Below, piece by piece: positions 59,701-64,000 of a stretch of DNA of 64,000 bases. The position numbers and the translations under genes were made by a program. Position 1 is the stretch's first letter. The number at the start of each line of letters is the position of its first letter. This DNA is from Staphylococcus phage LY01. The stretch is taken from sequence record OR836606.1; one strand, 5' to 3'. Under the pieces are notes generated by a model. That model did not search any database. It was not told the origin of the DNA and was given only the letters and a program-made list of their open reading frames with translations.

Positions 59701-62700
59701 TATCAGGAACATTTACTGACAGTAATGTAGAATGGTCTTTAATTAAGGATGAAGATATTCCTAATGCAGAAGAAGATGATGATCCTGAAGAATTTAATGG
59801 ATGGTATCATCGTCAAAGTTTAATAACTAAAGAGAATGTTAGAGGCACTAATGGTTTTCTATATGGCGCTTTTTACATGACTTTATACTTTAAAGTAAAC
59901 CAATCTGAAGATTCAGATATAATTGAATTTGAAGATGGATCGAATGAACCTAAATTCTGGGTTACTAATTTAGAAATGTATGACGTTACTGGATTAGAGT
60001 CAGTTAAGAAAACAGTCATAGATACCAATGAATTAGTTGCCACTATGATGACTAAAAAAGAAATGGATGATTATCGTAAACAAGTGGTTGATAGTTTCTC
60101 TAACGTTAGTCAAACAGTGGAAGCTATTAGACAAGAAGTAACTAAAAAAATAGAAGATCTAGATGATGAAATAATTAGAGATATAAGTTCTAGACTAGAA
60201 ACTGTTGCAGGAGAAATTTCTGCTATATCTGAAGAACAAAAAGTAACTAAAGAAAATATTACTAATTTAGAGGGTAGTCTAAAAGTAGCCACTGATAATA
60301 TCACAACATTAGTTTCTAGAATAGATAGAAGTGATGAAAATTATTCATCTCTATTTACTGAAGTAGAACAACTTGATAATAGATATACAGTTACTGCTGA
60401 AAAAGTTGAAAAACAAGGTGAGAATATTACGGACCTCTCAGGTAAATTAACAGTTGCTAATGATACCATAACTCAAGAAGTCATAGATAGAAAATCTGCG
60501 GTTAATGACGTTATGGAATCTTCTAAAGCTCTAATTAAAGTTGAATCCGATAGAATTACTAATTTGGTAACTAGACAAGAAGCTACAGATAATACTGTAT
60601 CTAATTTAGAAACTAATATTACTGCTGAAATTGGTAGAATTGATCAAAGAGTTACTTCTGAAACTAGTACTGAAGCTCTAGCAGGTAAAATTAAAATTGG
60701 TACTAAGAATATGCTATCTGGTACTGAAAAATTTGATTTACCTTTTTTAGCTAGCATTACTAAAAGAGATAATAATGGTATTACTTATGCTAATACTAAA
60801 ACAGGTTTAGCTGAAGTTTCTCAAATAGTTGCAGTTAAACCTAATACGAATTATGTGTTAAGTTATGATGCTTATTCAGCAGCCGCCTCTCCAGTAATTA
60901 AAACACCTATTACAAGAGCTTCAAGTCTAACTAATGAGATTTCACCTAAAGATTATCTTATTACTATGGCTGAATCTGCTAAGACATTGACAACAACTCC
61001 TACTCGTTATGAGCTGAGATTCAATTCTAGAACAAACAATTTCATTAAAATTCAGTTCACTGCAGATAATGCGACTAAAGATACTTATGTGGGTCATATT
61101 CAATTAGAAGAAGGAAATGTATCTTCCGCTTGGGATATTTCTCCGGGGGATTATAAGAGTAGATTTACTAAAAATGAAACTCGTATAACGCAAACTGAGA
61201 GAGATATAAATTTAAATACTTCTTCTATTACAGAATTAGATAATAAGACTACTAATCAATATAGTCAACTAAAATTAGAAACTGATAAAATTACTTCCAT
61301 AGTTAGTAAGCAGGAAGAAATGGACGGAAAAATTTCTGCCAACACTTCTAGTATTAAACAATTACCAAATAGTATTTTATTAGAATCTAGAAAGATTACT
61401 AACGAAGAAGTTGATAAGGTTATTCTTAAAAACCCTAACTTAGCTTTAAGAACGAGAAGTAGAACAGATAAGAATAACATTGAAGTAGTAAATGGTTTAG
61501 CATTTAATACTCCTATAACATCTTCTTCTAACTGGGAATTCTGGGGATATGATAAAACAGCTTATGATATAGCCAAATCAAGTTACCAAATGTATTTGGA
61601 TTCCTTAGCTGAGGGAGTGACTGACTATGCTGAAAACTTATTAATTGGTACTACTTTGTCTAAACCGCCTGAAGGTTTTGGTTCTCCAATGGTAAGAATA
61701 CTTACAGATGAATATGGTGATCGTTATGCCGATGTTACTAAACTAGCCTTTTCAAATTCAGGTATTGTTTTTTCTAGAACAGCACCTAATTCGACTTCAT
61801 TATCTGCTAATACTAAGTATAGATTGAGTTTTGAATATAGTACAAGAGATGTTATAGGATTTAATTATCTCTATATTATGACTGAAGGTTCAGCCCCTAA
61901 TATAAGTCTTACATCATTATTGTCAATAGAACAAGGTTCTCCAACTGTATTAAGCTCATCATTAGACGGTGACAAAAAGGAATGGAATACATGGACCGGT
62001 ACATTTACTCTTAATACAGATGTTGATTCGGGTTCTATTATGATTGCACATACCAACTCTAATGGCTCTAGATTCTTAATTAAGAACGTCATGTTAACTG
62101 AAGGTGAAGCTATATACCCTTGGAATCCTAACACATTAGACTTAAGTGAAGAAGTCGGTGGAGAACAAGAAGTTAATGCAGGGTTATACTTTGATCTAGA
62201 AGGCAATTTTAAACCAGTACCAAAGCAACCTGTAATAGATTACTACAATGACAATGGAGATTATGTATTAATAGATACAAATCAGATTCCTAGTGATATT
62301 AACAATATGTTACTTAATACTAGATTTCAATCTAATGATTCATCTGGTTGGAGAGATTGGACTCCTTCTTCAGGAATTAGGGAAGTAAGACCTATATCGG
62401 ATAAAACTATCGGTTTTAAATATGCTCTTTATTTTAAAACAACTGTTGAAAGGAAACAACATGGTTGGGCTCAAGATAATATCACGGTTATGCCTGGTGA
62501 AATGTATACAGCTAGTTGTTATGTTTTCTTTACGTCTGGTTCTAAGGGTAACTTTGTTATTCAAGAAGGATACTCTTCAGCTACTGGAGGATGGAAATCT
62601 AAAGATTTCAGAGTAACTAGTGATATGATAGGTAAATGGGTGAGACTTTCTTGGACCTTTATGGCTAGAAATGAAGTCACTAATATTTATTTCGGTCAGA

Positions 62701-64000
62701 ATAGTACTTCTGGACCTGGTGAATTAATTACAGCCATGATGACCGGTTTTCAATTAGAGCACGGTTCCGTATTAAGTGAATATACTTCTGGAGTATCTGA
62801 TGGATACTATGGAATAATATCAGAACCTAACTCATTTGCTATTAAAAAAGATGAAGAATTGCAAATTGACTTTGATTATAAAGGTGTTGGTGCAGTAGGT
62901 TTACAAGAAAGCTTTATTGTTAATGGAGACAATCTAAATGATACTGGTCCAGCATATAGAACTTATTTAAATGAATTAAGAACTGATCTAGATAAACTTA
63001 GATATGATAACGAATGGAGAACTTACTCATTTAAGGTAAATCCTACCTTTACAGCAACTAATGGGCGTGTTGTATTGGCTTCAGATCAACGAATGAATGA
63101 GAATGCTACTGGAATTTCTGGTGTACGTAATGTTAAAGTGTATAATAAAGAAATACCTAACCAAAATATAACCGGTACTAACTTCTTATTTGAGAAAAAG
63201 TTAGAAGTAGGTACTTCATACAAACTTAATGCAATACTTAATAAAATTAATGAAGCATCTCCTATAACGGAAGTCACTATTATATTCAATGATAGAAGTA
63301 CAAATAACTTTGAAGAGTTTAATTTAAGACCTTCATTTAGTTCTGGTAAAGCTACTTTAAATTATACATTTGTGCCTAAGAAGAATGGTTTAGATGAAGT
63401 TATTATACTTCATGGAAATAAATCTCAACAAGAAACATCCAATCTTATGGAAATATCTGAATTGTCTCTAATAGAAGGCACTTCATTACCTAATCCTTAT
63501 AAGTGGTATCCTAATACCAGAGACACTACAGAATCATTTAAAGAGATTGTATCCCAAATCAATTTAACCCCTGAAACTATTTCTATTAATGCCGATAAAA
63601 TTAATTTGGGTGATGGAGACTTAATTGTAGAGAATAATACAGTTAAAGTCAAGTCTCTTTCTCTTAACCATTTAAGAGGTGGTACGGCGACTTTCGGAGG
63701 AACTGATTATATAGAAGACCCTAACAGCTGGGAATCTATAACTAACCCTGATGGAACTGTTGTTCAAGTTAATAAAAAGATAGCATATAAATATCCTGAT
63801 GGTGTAATTAAAATGCTAGATTCAACTAACAAAGACCAAACTTCTGTAGAAATTAAATCTAGAGGTGCTAGTTGGTTTAAAGAGTTAACTGTGGATAAGC
63901 TTAATGTGTCTAATATCAATGGCGAAATCAATAACTATGTTAGAGAAAATCCTAATACTATTACGTATTATGTAATTGGCAGTTCAGGAAGTGATACCGA
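56721..64000 (+). CDS. giant fiber/receptor-binding-like protein, 5' partial in window (>2400 aa; probable TTG start)
   Basis: Uninterrupted plus-strand frame from ~56721 to the window end, consistent with the absence of any plus-strand ORF in the provided track. RBS AAAGGATGGTGA before TTG. Long coiled-coil middle. Repeated beta-rich modules reminiscent of carbohydrate-binding domains (e.g. ...IQFTADNATKDTYVGHIQLEEGNVSSAWD..., ...VRLSWTFMARNEVTNIYFGQNS...). Confidence 0.55.
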   Translation, partial: MISILDKERKRIEGKLVSGTFENVISYEKLVYDFSKKTEIINIEFKSKNYISENTHIIIKDESKNNSEFVCIKEDGLKSSLIPAYVKDLNNIFMNSNKELKGQLKSILSTLLLNTGYNIEYNDLVVDEEITLSKSNKSVFEKLLDILFEKDLSIRHKYDINTNERALIINKGKDLRKSNPKEISGRIPGFEFNVDKPNIKTGLIMYNENNESITVKDSLNQARFIKDENYIFDTMEVKGKTRDEMEEIAFKYLNDSSLNAIDLKMTGLVLRNWTNCHYNKFISSQIFINYKNIKPELIAGFQIYKLERSLFDYNIEKFNFFAKYKNSNEIYKPEMLENYTKYANDDIFIKDNTSSKNNNVKLVESLVNKQLESFKNYINDISGDKYNGVDGLSVLQSNKELNFDAIISDFNLIKSQKDQVVNQLKSIFDSAYLKEDSIKIQVRDKINEIDNEFNKIKSEVNKLNRADQNESLMKDINKSFVEFYFVVNSTKRIIELSNEAINLEMNKLQNEYSHGIKDSVFSEIGRVLGLSYDSKTQKLTGDINVTEDINEVKTSLELMKIKVARIENELNDSDRELKESLIQLKENISKVLGLPLNSESGLIDGTIDKQDTFDLIQEHIQKTKDEIAETKSNLENAKTELEKQKDELDQKSKDIDKAMAEANRVREDLGQELELSKKEFNYYMDSRGDNLIFNGNADQGDESNFPGMYYDNSDAFQSAASFRMEGFNATVSSERLIPINPEKTYKLSMFMKNNTSLPSSIGHLSYDKDGQLIESQHVMGSEKPVIELAQELRQGDKVIYFKSLDGLDDTYRFQSAPLEDEDDTPVYDYDRGGSVILPSDADDILSIDDPNALPDEEDKVIYADDTPEEDKTIEPDVPMPDSDQPVETNSTPLDEEEAIKNMTNNYNVSNAGIINRNINPNLTDYNDNHSLVIWNFKSNDGYNYGESTYSRNVFMNGWDFGAIDRENNCIYLNRPFDLINYDSEDGSFPADTKVSGTFTDSNVEWSLIKDEDIPNAEEDDDPEEFNGWYHRQSLITKENVRGTNGFLYGAFYMTLYFKVNQSEDSDIIEFEDGSNEPKFWVTNLEMYDVTGLESVKKTVIDTNELVATMMTKKEMDDYRKQVVDSFSNVSQTVEAIRQEVTKKIEDLDDEIIRDISSRLETVAGEISAISEEQKVTKENITNLEGSLKVATDNITTLVSRIDRSDENYSSLFTEVEQLDNRYTVTAEKVEKQGENITDLSGKLTVANDTITQEVIDRKSAVNDVMESSKALIKVESDRITNLVTRQEATDNTVSNLETNITAEIGRIDQRVTSETSTEALAGKIKIGTKNMLSGTEKFDLPFLASITKRDNNGITYANTKTGLAEVSQIVAVKPNTNYVLSYDAYSAAASPVIKTPITRASSLTNEISPKDYLITMAESAKTLTTTPTRYELRFNSRTNNFIKIQFTADNATKDTYVGHIQLEEGNVSSAWDISPGDYKSRFTKNETRITQTERDINLNTSSITELDNKTTNQYSQLKLETDKITSIVSKQEEMDGKISANTSSIKQLPNSILLESRKITNEEVDKVILKNPNLALRTRSRTDKNNIEVVNGLAFNTPITSSSNWEFWGYDKTAYDIAKSSYQMYLDSLAEGVTDYAENLLIGTTLSKPPEGFGSPMVRILTDEYGDRYADVTKLAFSNSGIVFSRTAPNSTSLSANTKYRLSFEYSTRDVIGFNYLYIMTEGSAPNISLTSLLSIEQGSPTVLSSSLDGDKKEWNTWTGTFTLNTDVDSGSIMIAHTNSNGSRFLIKNVMLTEGEAIYPWNPNTLDLSEEVGGEQEVNAGLYFDLEGNFKPVPKQPVIDYYNDNGDYVLIDTNQIPSDINNMLLNTRFQSNDSSGWRDWTPSSGIREVRPISDKTIGFKYALYFKTTVERKQHGWAQDNITVMPGEMYTASCYVFFTSGSKGNFVIQEGYSSATGGWKSKDFRVTSDMIGKWVRLSWTFMARNEVTNIYFGQNSTSGPGELITAMMTGFQLEHGSVLSEYTSGVSDGYYGIISEPNSFAIKKDEELQIDFDYKGVGAVGLQESFIVNGDNLNDTGPAYRTYLNELRTDLDKLRYDNEWRTYSFKVNPTFTATNGRVVLASDQRMNENATGISGVRNVKVYNKEIPNQNITGTNFLFEKKLEVGTSYKLNAILNKINEASPITEVTIIFNDRSTNNFEEFNLRPSFSSGKATLNYTFVPKKNGLDEVIILHGNKSQQETSNLMEISELSLIEGTSLPNPYKWYPNTRDTTESFKEIVSQINLTPETISINADKINLGDGDLIVENNTVKVKSLSLNHLRGGTATFGGTDYIEDPNSWESITNPDGTVVQVNKKIAYKYPDGVIKMLDSTNKDQTSVEIKSRGASWFKELTVDKLNVSNINGEINNYVRENPNTITYYVIGSSGSDT

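Noticed and set aside
1-64000. tRNA, rRNA and CRISPR arrays
   Set aside because: No T-loop/GTTC-type tRNA signatures, rRNA-like GC-rich blocks or repeat-spacer arrays were seen by eye. This cannot be fully excluded without tRNAscan or cmsearch.

Overview
AT-rich (~27-28% GC) fragment of a large tailed-phage genome (myovirus-like, probably infecting a low-GC Firmicute; host not determinable from sequence).

Gene content:
- SF1 Dda/RecD-like helicase.
- Complete class Ib ribonucleotide reductase set (nrdH, nrdI, nrdE, nrdF).
- Tail sheath-like (1050 aa) and tube-like genes.
- Two giant paralogous tail proteins of ~1900-1980 aa, starting with TTG. One carries an M23 peptidase domain, the other lysozyme-like and CHAP domains.
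- A head-assembly gene cluster.
- A >2400-aa fiber-like ORF running off the window end.
- Many rho-independent terminators.

Intron load:
- Three genes are broken into ORF fragments by short inserts of 127-181 nt. All inserts are in the sense orientation of the host gene. They carry the conserved group I intron P, Q, R and S core elements: AAUUGCUGG, AAUCAGCAUC, GUUCAACGACUAAAUA and GAUAUAGUCU, with P4 covariation between copies.
- Each insert has an internal guide sequence that pairs with the upstream exon end to give a terminal U.G pair, and each ends in G.
- Splicing at these predicted sites restores frame in every case.
- Gene models: nrdE has 1 intron. A head-region gene has 3 introns and a 20-nt micro-exon. 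The terminase large subunit has 6 exons, including 14-nt, 70-nt and 72-nt micro-exons.

IStron in the terminase gene:
- The fifth terminase intron is a ~1.94 kb IStron-like element.
- It has a full-size group I ribozyme core at its 5' end, followed by an intact IS605-family tnpB gene and a structured right-end (omega-RNA-like) region.
- It lies between the terminase nuclease-domain exon and the final exon that carries the HDD motif.

No rRNA, tRNA or CRISPR array was found.
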